DNA of 64,000 nt from contig NC_087250.1 in the NCBI RefSeq assembly GCF_037042905.1, positions 8,372,001-8,436,000 on the forward strand, read 5' to 3'. Each line of letters starts with the position of its first letter. Positions within the stretch are counted from its first letter, which is position 1. The notes beneath the pieces were generated by a model that saw nothing but the letters and a program-made list of their open reading frames with translations, was not told the origin of the DNA and searched no databases. Of the stretch, positions 13,390 to 26,398 are shown piece after piece. Made by a program: the position numbers and the translations under genes. The DNA comes from Lytechinus pictus (Eukaryota).

Positions 13390-14448
13390 CACATATCAAG
13401 AGTGACATTGTAAGAAAGTATAGAGTTTGAGCTTTCTGATGATATAAATAATGTTGGTGCCTAAAACACAAAATGTTGCACAATTTGCAAGTGAAAACAG
13501 AGGAAGAAAATTATGTTTGATGCATCTTTTCAGGTAAAAAATTCACTTATTTATCAAACTATTTCATTCAAAAGAAATGACCAATATAAAAGGGTAACAT
13601 TTACTCTTGCCCATGGTACAAAAATAATCAATATTACTCAAGGAGAAAGTGGTTAAATTTTTTGAGAAAGAAAGTCTCACAATTCACGAGATTTTGCAGG
13701 GACATGAATTCAGCCACGAGAGGACTTGGATAAATCTTGCTCATTTGCTCATTAACACAGGGGCTTGCGGACTGACTGTGCTTGCCCCTTTTTTGTTCCG
13801 TCATCTTTCTTTCCTGATCCTTTCTCTCTGTGTTGTTATACCGAGTTTGTTTTACCTGACTGCTAAGAAAGCACGAATGCCTGTGAGCAAGCAACCAGGG
13901 GACCAACGGCTTAAGGTCCTCTCCGAGGGACCTGAAATCTTCATTTTTCTTTCTTTCCTTAATCTTTTCTTTGCTTCCTTTTCCCTTCCTCTCCTTTTCA
14001 TTCTTTCTCTCCTCCTCCCATATTAGTATTACTATTAGTATTACTTTCTTTCTTTCATTCTTTGTTCCCTCTCCTTCAATGCTTCATCCTTTCTTTCACT
14101 TTTTATTTTCCTTCTATAATTTTTTCCATTATCCCTTTCTTTCCCTCCCTTCCTGTTTTTATTCTTTCTTTCTTTCAAAGAATAAGGTTAGAATGAGGTG
14201 CGAGGTTAGTACTAACCTCGCATTGCAATACGTGTGAGTGCAGCAAGCCTTGGCGGCATGCCGCCATGGCCCACTCACACATATTGCGAGGTAGTATATT
14301 ATAACCTCGCACCAAGAACCCTGGAGTGGCCACGGCCATGCATGCCCATCACATGGCCGATCCATGCCGTATACGTGCCGCACGCCACCGGCACCGCTTG
14401 AACTCGACCGTCATGACCATAATAAATGCATTGTCTGAAATTAACTCA

Positions 14449-14790
14449 CCAAAAACGATCTCCGATGAATTAATACATTGGAAAAATTGCAAAGATCTGC
14501 GTTTATCCTAATGAGTTTCTTGTTGGATTGAGAAAATATGGAAATTGGCATGCCGTATCGGAATACACCAGTCAGTGGACTGTACTTTATCAGTAGAGTC
14601 GACCGCGCGGCTCGCGCCGCGCCAGCATGCAAGTTCAGATTTTTCCCTTTTTGGTTTGTACGTTCAAGCGTACAGTATAAGGGAAGTATGGAAAGCTATT
14701 TGTGTGCACAAACTTATGGCAAATCACGAGCGGTCACTGCTCAGTATCCAAATGTTGCAACAAGATCATTAATTTTGATTGGCTGATAGT
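14449..14790 (-). promoter_or_regulatory. Candidate promoter and non-coding first exon of paralogue A
   Basis: Conserved with 53045-53670 in paralogue B. It has a minus-strand GTGAGT donor at 14449, a CpG-rich patch at ~14600 and a CCAAT box (gattggctg at ~14777). This is inference only. Confidence 0.4.
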
Positions 14791-15120
14791 AAACTTGTTA
14801 AAGAAGAATGCATTTATTATAATAACAAGTCTTAATGAAAAAGGGATCATGATCAATATAAACATTCAAGTTTTTTTTTTCTTTTGGAGGGGGGGCGGGG
14901 GGATTGATCACCTGCTATCCTTAGAAGGGTCGATCACTTCTTTTTTTTCTTCTTAATCTTAGTTAGGTTTGAATAGAAATGACTTCTGATTTTTTTTGTG
15001 AGAAAATAAGGCCGAACCTTATTTTCAAGCACATATGAAGAGCTCACTTGCATAAGGGGTTAGGTCAATTTTTCATCAAATTTGATTTTTGTCTCAATGT
15101 ATAGATTTTTAGTAGCTCTA

Positions 15121-16106
15121 CAGTGCGTATCAAAAAAAAAAGTTTACACTTTGAAAAAGCCCTGGGAATTAAAAAATATACAACATGTGGGTAATTTTTT
15201 CACATATAATCTTGGGTTTGGGTCTCATCTATCCAATGAAAGTAAAAGTTTTGACAGAATGTTACACTTGAGTGAGCACTATCCATTTTTGTAAAGCTCG
15301 CAGAAATCTGTTTGCGCAGAAATGCTCGTTTTCACGCTGTGTCAAGGGGAAAGGGCGAAATCAAACTTACCCTGCGAAACATTTCTCATACATTTCCCAT
15401 TGCACTTTTTGTCAATTGTAATAAATGGATACATTCAAGCATTTTGTAACAATTTTGCCACCCAAATTGAAATTTCAACACTTAGTAAGCACAACCTTTA
15501 CCCTTTTGTGCCAGCTGGATCTGAGGACATAACTAAATCTAAACAAAAGTTTATAGCAGACATCTCCAGCATTTTTTCACTAAGTTTTTATCATTTAAAG
15601 TGGGTTTACATTTCATTTTTCATTTAATACTTGTTTAGCTCCACACTTTTTCCAAGCTTGACAATGATTAACAAAATGAAAATCAAGCCTAAGCCATTTC
15701 ATGTAAATCACAGCTCAGTGTAAAGCAAATATCGTCACGATGGCCTCTGTGTGTGGAGTGGGGTGGGCCGCAATGGACTCTTCGAAGTGTTTTGGGCAAG
15801 GAAACAAGTTAAAAAGGTAAAAGATATCTTCAAATCAATTTTACTAGCTAAATTCAACTTGTTCTTCATGATTAAGGTCTACTTTTATTTGCATAACTAT
15901 TTCGAAGATCTGCGCAAATCATTTTTCATTAACTTTTCAAAAGTAAGTGGTGCTCACTCAAGCGGAAATATTTTTCGACAGCTCAACGTCATTTGCCTAA
16001 ATGGATCTGTACCAATGTTAAAATGTGGAAAAATCTTCAGGATATCATAAATGTATAATTTTACATAATTTTTTCTAAGTGTAAACTTTTTTTTGGATAC
16101 GCACTG
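15121..16106. mobile_element. Tc1/mariner-type MITE
   Basis: TA|cagtgcgtatc-aaaaaaaa-gtttacactt ... aagtgtaaac-tttttttt-ggatacgcactg|TA. Empty site gtagctctataagatgacg at ~54035. Confidence 0.85.
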
Positions 16107-16710
16107 TATAAGATGACGAAAAGGAAAGTTTTAATTCCCATTAAAAATTGAACTAAAATCGCAAAGAAAAATCACTTTTTTTTCAAAAGGGGTTAGGTCC
16201 ATTTCAGTTTTGTTGCAAAAGGGGTTAGTTAATTTACACAGATTTTTTAGGAAAAAAAAAAAAAAAAAAGAGAACAGGTAGATTTCTTTTATACCAAATT
16301 TTATGTCCTCATGGTAGGGTATCATGAAAATTTAGTTTCGCATAGGAATATTGCAATATGGAAGAATTTAAAAAATTATTTTCTTGGAGTGGACCTAACG
16401 CCTTTTGCAACCAAACTCTTCTGAAGAGCTCATTTGTCAAAAGGGGTTAGGTCCATTTATCATAAAGTTTATTGTTTTCTGTCTCAAAACCTCTAAATTT
16501 TTAGTCGCTCTGATGATACCAAAGAAAATTTGAAATTCAAATGAAAACGTGAATATGGCAAAGAAAAATTACTTTTTTAATCAAGAAAGATTGGATTCAT
16601 TTCAGTCTATTTGCAAAAGGGGTTTGGTCCACAATGATAATTTTTGAAAAAAAAATATATAGAAAAAATTGAAGACAGGTAGATTTCTCTTATACCCAAT
16701 TTTATGTTAA

Positions 16711-17312
16711 AGGTCAAGTCCAACCCAGTATAATGTTGATTTGAATAAATAGAGAAAAATCAAACTAGCATAACACTGAATATTCATCAAAATCGGATGT
16801 AAAATAAAAAAGTTATGACATTTTAAAGTTTCGCTTATTTTTCACAAAACAGTGATATGCACAACTCAGTGACATGCAAATGAGACAGACGATGATGTCC
16901 CTCACTCACTATTTCTTTTGTTTTTTATTGTTTGAATTATACAATATTTCATTTTTTACAGATTTGACAATAAGGACCAACTTGACTGAACCATATAGTA
17001 TTAAACAATGCTAATTCCAAATGTTTAGGGAGAAATCAATCGTTATTTCACTGGACAATGAGGATAAAATTAGAATACTTCATATTTCGTATAATAAAAT
17101 ACAAAAGAAATAGTGAGTGGATGATGTCATCAGTCTCCTCATTTGCATACCGACCAGGATGTGCATATAACTGTTTTGTGAAATTAAGCAAAACTTTAAA
17201 ATGTCATAACTTTCGTATTTTACATCCGATTTTGATGAAATTTTCAGTGTTATGCTTCGTGGATTTTTCTCTTTTTATTCATATCAACTTCTGGTTGGGG
17301 TGGACTTGTCCT
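16711..17312. mobile_element. Kolobok-like non-autonomous DNA transposon (family copies at ~17745-18140, ~20354-20848, 32128-32720)
   Basis: TTAA TSD, AGG...CCT termini and long imperfect TIRs. Empty site at ~54648. Confidence 0.7.
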
Positions 17313-18149
17313 TTAACACGATAGGGTAGTACATGTACATCATGACAATTTAAATTTAGTTTCTCACAAGAATATTGCAATAATTAAGTGAGAATAAAAA
17401 ACATGGTATTTCTCAGAATGTCCAAAGTGGACCAAACCCCTTTGCAACTAAACTCTTCATATATGAAAATATGAAATTATGATTTTGTGAAATAACATGA
17501 GAAATGGAAAAGTGGGCCGGAGGGGGATCATCAGTCGAATTATTGTATAGTTAAACTGCAGGGCGCCAAGCATTTTTGCATAACTGAAGAGGCCTACCCT
17601 GCAGTATAAAATAAATAAAACCAATAAATGAATAAATAAATAAATATGAGGAGTAGGATTGGAGGGTCCGTAGCCGCGTGGTCTAGGCGTCTGAGACAAA
17701 ATGAAAGTGAACTATGTGCACTGTTAATGTCAATTGTAACTTAGAGGACAAGTCCACCCCAACAAAAATTTGATTTCAATAAAAAGAGAAAAATCCAACA
17801 AGCACAACACTGAAAATGTCATCAAAATCAGATGTCAAGAAAGTTATGGCATTTTGAAGTTTCACTTAATTTCACAAAACAGCTATATGCACATACTGGT
17901 CGGTATGCAAATGAGGGAACTGATGATGTCATCCACTCACTATTTGTATTTCTTTATATGAAATATGAAAATTTTATAAATTTCTCCTCATTGTCTTGTA
18001 AAACAAAGTTTTATATCTTCCCTAAATGTGGAATTACCATTGCTTTAACATTTTATGGTTCAGTCAAGTTGGTTATGGTCAAATCTGTAAAAATTGAAAT
18101 ATTGTACATTTCAAACAATAAAAAATAAAATGAATAGTGGTCTAAGTTA

Positions 18150-18895
18150 AACCTGACTTCAGAATACAGGCCTATGACTTTATATTACCAATCCTGCAAT
18201 ATACGAGTGGTCTTTGTGGGATAGAGTAGTTTTCTTCTATCAAAGTCATTTTTTTAGAGCATGTAGGTTTTATTTGGGAATTGGTAAATACACACCTAAC
18301 AATGCTGTTATGGGTGAAAATGGGTTGGAATCCCCCTTTTTATCATCAAAGTATAATCGGTAGCGAGGTTAATTGTGGAGTAATTTAAGTAAACTCAATT
18401 ATTGGCGCTATCCAAGTAAAATCTTTGCTTGATCTAAGTTATTGGAAAATAATATGGAATTAAAAACTGGTGTTATAGGTTTAAAGAGTTATCTGTAAAG
18501 CTACAATGTGGTATTCAAATTGAACCTTGTTCATGTTGCGAGTATATGGCAACTTTGTAAAGTCAGTGTCTGATGCTTGTAAAGTAGATATAGAGGATAA
18601 ATGGAAAAAGCGTATTTTGATGATGCAAGGAGAAATTAAGCAAATGCAAAAAACAAACTCAGAACATATCATAATTTTAAGCAATAATTATCCACTTCAG
18701 GCAATACTAACTAGTGCCAAAATAGATAAAATAGATGTGCATTTGCACTGTTTATAGATGTGGATGTGCTCCTATTGCAATTGAAACTGGGCGTTATCAA
18801 TTCCATACGAAGAACGTTTTTGTATCATTTGTAATTCTGATAATATTGAAGATGAGTTCCATTGTTTTATGATTTGTCTTGCCTATGAAATGTAT
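18150..18895 (+). mobile_element. Decayed LINE ORF2 C-terminal fragment (CR1/L2-group-like)
   Basis: Translates to RCGCAPIAIETGRY...ERFCIICNSDNIEDEFHCFMICLAY, the C-terminal Cys/His motif of non-LTR RT proteins, with frameshifts. Confidence 0.6.
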
Positions 18896-19199
18896 AGTTT
18901 ACCATTGTAATCAATACTATTTCACACATTTACCCTGAGTTCAATTATCTAACCACTTTAACAACAATTTATCCTTTTATGTCTTCTGATATGCACTCTG
19001 CTCAATAGACAGATATGCAAATGAAATTCTCACTATATGTAAAGTAATAATATACTCAAGAAATATTTGACCTCCATATATTACCCTTACTTTCGGTCCA
19101 GTTGCCCAATTCTTATACCTTTTTTTCATACACGTATATACTTCATGGTTTACATGTAGGTATTGTGATTTTATATGTAACCATTTGATCACTCATAGG

Positions 19200-19614
19200 C
19201 CTTTTGAGGCCAGCCTTCGAGCCTTGCACGTAAACTTTAATGTTGACCTGAAAATGACCTTTGACCTTACCGTGTGACCTCCGACGGCAGCAGAACATGC
19301 ACGTCCCCCAAGTCCATCTACCATCCAAGTTTGGTTGAAAAGCGACTTACGGTTGCAAAGTTAGGTGTCATAAGAGTCTTGCATGTAAAGTTTAACGTTG
19401 ACCTGAAAATGACATTTGACCTTACCATGTGACCTCCGACTACAGCATAACATGCAGGTCACCAAGTCCATCTACCATACAAGTTTGGTTGAAAAGTGTC
19501 TTACGGTTGCAGAGTTATGTGTCATAAGGTTTGTGACGGACGGACGACAGACGACGAACGGACGGCATTTGGATCCCTAAGTCTCGCCTTCACCTCTGGT
19601 GGGCGAGACAAAAA
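19200..19614. mobile_element. Second HINE-like family fragment
   Basis: Two tandem tgacct-rich units, a (gacg)n microsatellite and a terminal hairpin gtctcgcc...ggcgagacaaaa. Confidence 0.5.
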
Positions 19615-21035
19615 GGATATGACATCCACACTATCCCTTAAAATTCTTATGATTTATATTAAATGAAATCATGATTATTATATGTATTTTCATACATGTG
19701 CTTGGTATTGTTACAAAATAATTCAGAGGAATGATTATCTTACACATAAAGTTAGTTGTCAATCCAGTTGAGGCCTAATTCACTTTTGGTGACCAGAATC
19801 AGAAAATTTCATCTAATAAAACCAAAAAGAATACTAAAGGTATAATATCATTAGCTAAGTTGGCTCATCGCGTCTTTAATAATCCAGGTTAATAATAATA
19901 TATGTGATTTGTAGTGCACCAAATCCACTCTGCAGAGTGCCCAAGGCGCAGAAGATGAAGACAGGCATAGCACCGTTTTACTAGAATAATGCCAAACCTT
20001 AAAATGTCATAAATTTGTTATTCCTTGTCACTGTTTAACTTACCAGAATTTTTTTCATCTATTCAAATCATATTTTTTACTTAGCCTGGAGCATCTGTTT
20101 GAGGACTTATATGAACATCAGAAATCGTAACAACAAAAAATAATGAACTCAACAAAATGCATTAATATTTTACCAGTTCTCTCTTTAATATGCCATCATT
20201 CTCATATATTTGTTAAGTTTACTCCTGATATTCTTCAACATTAATAATGCATTTACATTGAATTCTGTAAAATCTCTATCAAGTCACTTAGTCTTCATAA
20301 TAAAGCATGCTTCCAAAAAAAATAAAATAAACATGTCAACTACTGAAAATTAAGGGGCAAGTCCACCCCAACAATTTTTTTTGAATAAATAGACTGAGAA
20401 AAATCCAATAAGCATAACACTGAAAATTTCATCAAAATCAGTTGTAAAATGAGAAACTTAAAACATTTTAACTTTTGCTTAATTTCACAGAACAGCTATA
20501 TGCACATGATATGCAAATGAGGAGACTGATGTCATCCACTCACTCTTTTGTATTTCATTATATGTAATATTTTAATTTTCTCCTCATTGTCAAGTGAAAC
20601 AACAATTAATTACTCCCTGAACTTGTGGAATTAGCATTGTTTAATATATGTGGTTTGGTCAAGTTGGTGCTTCATTTCAATTCTGTATAATAGGAAATAT
20701 TGTTTAATTCAAACAATAAAAAACAAAAGAATTAGTGCGTGAAGGACATCATCGTCTGTCTTATTTTGATGAAATTTTTAGCGTTATGCTAGTTTGATTT
20801 TTAACTATTTATTCAAATCAACATTTTTCTGGGGTGTACTTTACCTGTTATAGGAATACATGGCAAACAGGACATATCAATCGTATGCCAGTAAATAATT
20901 TAAAATGTCATTGTTGGTCCTGTATGAGAAAGTGAAAACAATCCATTTTCTACATAACTTCAGCGAGGAAGAGTCGCTCATCAAACAGGCTGGGATTCTT
21001 ACATGTATGCATAATGGGATACAATAATGTCTATA

Positions 21036-22029
21036 GAGTACAGGCTACAATTTTCGGGCCACCCTCAGATTTAAAGAAAATCATACAATACACTGCGTTC
21101 TGCATTCATTCAAATACAGTGATTCTGTGTTTGGTTTGGCAGTTCCATGACATCACACAAGCATGTTTCCAACTGTTTCTGATCGCACTTTGTCAAACCC
21201 CAGTCTGTTTTCATAATATATTCAAATTATATGCGTAACTTTAAGGTAAGCATAAAATTTGAATATTTAAAGCAAAGGTTGTTTTTTGACAACCTGAAAG
21301 CTTGTCAGAGGCTTGTCTGACATAGCAGCAAATAATTCATGTCAATCTGCAGATATTCAACCTGTCAATCACATCGTAATCCTGCCTGAAATGTCGAGTC
21401 TTCTCTCCCGCTCCTGCTCTACAACTCCACTAGCCAACTCAAGCCAGCCTTCTCTCATCTACTCAATCTTCTCTCACCCCTCCATCTCAACCAGCCTTCC
21501 ACTCAAGACTCTCATCCTGCCTACTGCTCAAGCTTTCCACTCTTTCTGGTTTACAGTCCTCTTTAAGACTACACTCATTTCCGAAAGATACTCTACTTTC
21601 TAACCTCTCCATTTATCTTCTGCCTCTATCCACTTTTATCTCAGTCCTTTCCAGGTCTTTACATATTGTGCACCATATAAACAACTTCAGGGATTGTTTA
21701 TGCCACCATGCAAACCTTCAATCACCTTCTGCTAGAATCCAGTTTGCAGATATTATTTGGTGCTATGTCACCACCTCTAGGACAAACTTCTAGATTGTCA
21801 AAAACCATTGGTTTAAATATATTCAAATTTTATCCATACCTTAAAATTTTGCATTAAATATGAATATATAAAGAAAACCAGCTAGGGTTCTTGGAAACAT
21901 GCTTGTGTGATGTAATGGAAGTGTCTTGGCCCATTCAGTATCAATACATTTGCTTATATGTAGAATGCAGTGTAATGTTTGATTATCATTTAAATCTGAG
22001 GGTGGCCCCAAACTTTTGGCCTGTACTGT
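21036..22029. mobile_element. Tc1/mariner-like MITE
   Basis: TIRs agtacaggctacaattttcgggccaccctcaga / tctgagggtggccccaaacttttggcctgtact, inserted after TA. Confidence 0.6.
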
Positions 22030-22331
22030 TTGTACTTAAATGTAATTTATATTCATCAAATGGTATATTGGTTTGATAAAGATGTCAAAAGAAGTAAAAA
22101 TCAACCTTTAATAATATTTACAGATGACGAATGTTTAAATAGCCTGGCTTGCAATGAATTCAAAGATGAAAAGGGACAGTACGTTGAATCTACATAAATC
22201 AAATCTCTTTGGGAAAAAGAAATCCCCTGAAATGAAAATTCGGCAGAGAATATGAAGTGTGGGTTTTTATTTTCTTTAATCAACCACAAAGGACTTACCG
22301 GGTATGCCCTTTCACATTGATCACAAACATA

Positions 22332-22999
22332 GGCCCGAATTCACAAAGGTGGTTTTTAAAACCCACGGTTGAGTCCATGAGTTATGCAGATTTCCTGTAT
22401 AAATTACGCTTATTTTACCGCGTATATTAAGCGTTGTGGCCCAGTGGATTAGTCTTCGGACTTTGAAACAGAGGGTCGTTGGTTCGAATCCCAGCCATGG
22501 CGTAATTTCCTTCGGCAAGAAACTGATCCACAATGTGCTGCACTCAACCCAGGTGAGGTAAATGGGTACCGGTAGGAAGTAATTCCTTAAAAAGCTGTGT
22601 GCGCAATGAACGCCTAGCTTAGCTGGGTAATATAGGAGCGCCTTGAGCACCTAACAAGGTGGATATGTGCACAATATAAAGACCCTATATTATTAAAAAT
22701 TGTCCAATGCTGATGCGCGTTTTTGTCAGTGCGCCAAATTGACGTCTGTTGCCATGGTTATCCACGCTATTTTATTCATGAGTCCACTCTTCAAACAGTG
22801 GACTCATGAATAAAATAGCGTATCTAACCATGGTAACAGGCGTCAATTTGGCGCACTGTGACAAAAGCGTGCATCAGCATAGGACATTTTTTATACACTC
22901 GCCCGATACGCGCTAAATTAAGCGTAATTTATACAGGAAATCTGCATAAACCATGGATTCAACCGTGGGTTTTCAAAACCACCTTTGTGAATTCGGGCC
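22332..22999. mobile_element. Harbinger-type MITE inserted in decayed 3' zinc-finger repeats; related copy at 41000-41292
   Basis: TIR ggcccgaattcacaaaggtgg with a 3-bp TSD ATA (TAT for the 41000-41292 copy). Confidence 0.8.
22431..22695 (+). mobile_element. tRNA-derived SINE nested in the MITE
   Basis: A box TGGCCCAGTGG (22437), B box GGTTCGAATCC (22481), a central cacccaggtg..aaatgggtacc-like core, and an L2-like 3' tail agcgccttgagcacc...tattatta. Confidence 0.8.
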
Positions 23000-23087
23000 A
23001 TAGGGTTTATCACATGGATGGATTCGTTTATGTGCAGTGAGCTTTTGTATTTGATGCCTTACCACATTGATCACAGACACAGGGCTT

Positions 23088-25186
23088 TTAACCAGTATGG
23101 ATTTGTTTGTGTACTGTGAGATTGGATTTTTCATTAAATGCCTTACCACATTGATCATATACATACATGTAGGGCTTCTCACCAGTATGGACTCGTTTAT
23201 GTCTTGTGAGGCTAGCTTTTCGACTAAACACTTTACCACATTGAACACATTCAAAGAGTTTCTCACCTGTATGGATGCGTTTATGTTTTGTGAGATCATC
23301 AGATCGATTAAATGCCTTACCACATTGATCACAAACATAGGGCTTCTCACCTGTATGGATCCATTTGTGTTTTCTCAATGAACTTCTGTCACTAAATGCC
23401 TTACCACACTGATCACACTCAAAGGGCTTCTCACCAGTATGGACTCGTTTATGGCTTGTAAGCCTAGCTTTTAGACTAAACACTTTACCACATTGAACAC
23501 ATACAAAGGGTTTCTCACCTGTATGGATGCGTTTATGTCTTGTGAGATCACCAGATCGATTAAATGCCTTACCACATTGATCACAAACATAGGGCTTCTC
23601 ACCTGTATGGATCCGTTTGTGTTTTCTCAATGAACTTCTGTCACTAAATGCCTTACCACACTGATCACACTCAAAGGGCTTCTCACCAGTATGGACTCGT
23701 TTATGGCGTGTGAGCCTAGCTTTTTGAATAAACATCTTACCACATTGAACACATGCAAAGGGTTTCTCACCTGTATGGATTCGTTTATGTGTTATGAGAT
23801 TGGATATTTCATTAAACGCCTTTCCACATTGATCACATAGATAGGGCTTTTTACCCGTATGGATGCGTTTATGTGTTTTAAGATGAGATTTATGATTAAA
23901 TGCCTTACCACATTGATCACATCGATGGGGCTTCTCACCTGTATGGATACGTTTGTGTACTGTGAGATTGGATTTTTTATAAAATGCCTTACCACATTGA
24001 TCACAAACATAGGGCTTCTCACCTGTATGGATCCGTTTGTGTTTTCTCAATGAACTTCTGTCACTAAATGCCTTACCACACTGATCACACTCAAAGGGCT
24101 TCTCACCAGTATGGACTCGTTTATGGCTTGTGAGCCTAGCTTTTTGAATAAACATCTTACCACATTGAACACATGCAAAGGGTTTCTCACCTGTATGGAT
24201 TCGTTTATGTGTTATGAGATTGGATATTTCATTAAACGCCTTTCCACATTGATCACATAGATAGGGCTTTTTACCCGTATGGATGCGTTTATGTGTTTTA
24301 AGATGAGATTTATGATTAAATGCCTTACCACATTGATCACATCGATGGGGCTTCTCACCTGTATGGATACGTTTGTGTACTGTGAGATTGGATTTTTTAT
24401 AAAATGCCTTACCACATTGATCACAAACATAGGGCTTCTCACCTGTATGGATCCGTTTGTGTTTTCTCAATGAACTTCTGTCACTAAATGCCTTACCACA
24501 CTGATCACACTCAAAGGGCTTCTCACCAGTATGGACTCGTTTATGGCTTGTGAGCCTAGCTTTTTGAATAAACATCTTACCACATTGAACACATGCAAAG
24601 GGTTTCTCACCTGTATGGATTCGTTTATGTGTTATGAGATTGGATATTTCATTAAACGCCTTTCCACATTGATCACATAGATAGGGCTTTTTACCCGTAT
24701 GGATGCGTTTATGTGTTTTAAGATGAGATTTATGATTAAATGCCTTACCACATTGATCACATCGATGGGGCTTCTCACCTGTATGGATACGTTTGTGTAC
24801 TGTGAGATTGGATTTTTTATAAAATGCCTTACCACATTGATCACATGCAAAGGGCTTTTCACCTGTATGGATTCGTGTATGTGTTGTTAGATGATTTACA
24901 GTAATAAACGCCTTACCACACTGATTACATACATAAGGTTTCTTTTCAAGTATCATATTTTCCATATTTCCTGTTTTCAAAATTATCTTTTCACCATGCA
25001 TAGAATCATTAATTTCACACATGGATTTTTGCATTTCTCCTTCAACAAACTTTAAAATGCTTTCCTTTGACGCATATGATGGCAAGACAACACCATTAAG
25101 CCCATGTTTGTACTTGAGATGCCTTGCTAAGATGAGAGGAATAGCATAGACTGATCCACAATACCCGCATCTGTAGATTTCACAAT
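23088..25186 (-). CDS. Paralogue B terminal exon: isolated C2H2 finger, spacer and 21 intact tandem C2H2 fingers (TGEKP linkers) plus one broken finger
   Basis: Lies in ORF 23088-25217. The ttttttctttaaag acceptor at 25187 is phase 1, matching the upstream exon ending at 34740. Confidence 0.93.
23561..24845 (-). repeat. Three near-identical 420-bp (5-finger) tandem blocks within the zinc-finger array
   Basis: Lines 23581/24001/24421 through 23941/24361/24781 are identical except at position 23708. Confidence 0.93.
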
Positions 25187-25799
25187 CTTTAAAGAAAAAA
25201 AAATACATATTCATCAATTATTTGAATGATTCATTGAGGTGACAGGTGCCCTATTACGTTCATCTATCATTAAATCTATATCCCACCGCTATAATGCGGG
25301 AACCTACATATTTCAGGTGACCCATATTTTGTTTCCCTCATTTAATAAGTGGTAAGCACCTTGCAGCTTCCCATGAGAGGTTATTATTTATTTTTATTTT
25401 TTTTACTTCAGCTGTATTTCTCATTTTCTTACATCATAGTTTAAACTCTTACTGGGGCTCTGCCCAATACGGACAGGAAAAATAGGAAATTTTTACTTGT
25501 TTTACAATAATTCCATGTCCAAAAAGTCACTCATGATTGAGATGAAGACCAAAATGAAAGTCTGAACGATGCAAAATGACACAGAATTTGCAATATAAAC
25601 AATTTTAACTGAAAACTGGCCTGCCAAGTCACGATGTGCGGAGCACATGGGGAGCTACATGTAGCTGTGCTTTCTCTCTCTCTCTCTCTCTCCCCCTCAT
25701 CAAGGTTGAGTCTCCAGGAGGGGGATTACACTGTGCCCCAGTTTAAATTATCTCAGCTTTGTCCAGAAGTGGTTTCAAGTATAAATGCTAGGTTATTAA

Positions 25800-26398
25800 T
25801 GTATTATGTAATTATGCAGTTATGTGTTGATGTGTATTTTGTGTCAATGAAGTTGTATTTAGGAATTGTATTCTGGGTATGGGGCAGATCAAAGTAAGGC
25901 CCCATCCTCTTGAGACAATGACCTTGCTTTCCCGCCTTTTTAGGGGGTAACTCAAATGCTCAATGTGCCGACACCCTATAGGGATGATTATAAATGTATT
26001 GTGGCAATATCCCGCCTTTTTAGGGACCCTCTTATTCCCAATGTAAAAGTGTGAGTGGGTGAGTGATTCCCTATGTCTTGGGTTGTGTGGAGCCAGCTAG
26101 CAAGAGCAACTATAGGAAGAAGGCCGGGTCAGATCACTTTCTGGAAAGGAGAGAGACCGCTTGTCTCCAGCTGCTCTGACTCTCCAAGGTCATGTTTCTC
26201 CTTTTGAAGATTTGTTTATTTCATGGCCAGTTGGTGAGATTTTAATCTGTCTTTTGAATGATTGGAAGAGGAGCTGTAGGAGTATGACACTAGCACTGGC
26301 CTACATTATGTAGTGGTATCTGTCCGGAGTATTGGCAAAGGCTGTTTTCCTTGTTATAAAAGAAAACTGTCGTCATTGGTTGAATCTCTTCATTATCA
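25800..26398. mobile_element. ~600-bp insertion, possibly a solo LTR
   Basis: Absent from the paralogue C intron (~62995). It has tg...ca ends, but the TSD is unclear. Confidence 0.35.

Noticed and set aside
22431..22505. tRNA gene (Gln-like TTG loop)
   Set aside because: The stems pair poorly and the sequence runs into a SINE body and LINE-like tail inside a MITE, so it is a SINE head.
23067..24890. Plus-strand and alternate-frame ORFs over the finger arrays (also 59099-61049)
   Set aside because: They are shadow ORFs produced by the 84-bp periodicity of the C2H2 array.
25187..25217. ORF-track start codons of the 709-aa and 698-aa finger ORFs (25217, 61454)
   Set aside because: They lie in polypyrimidine tracts upstream of AG acceptors. 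These ORFs are terminal exons, not single-exon genes.
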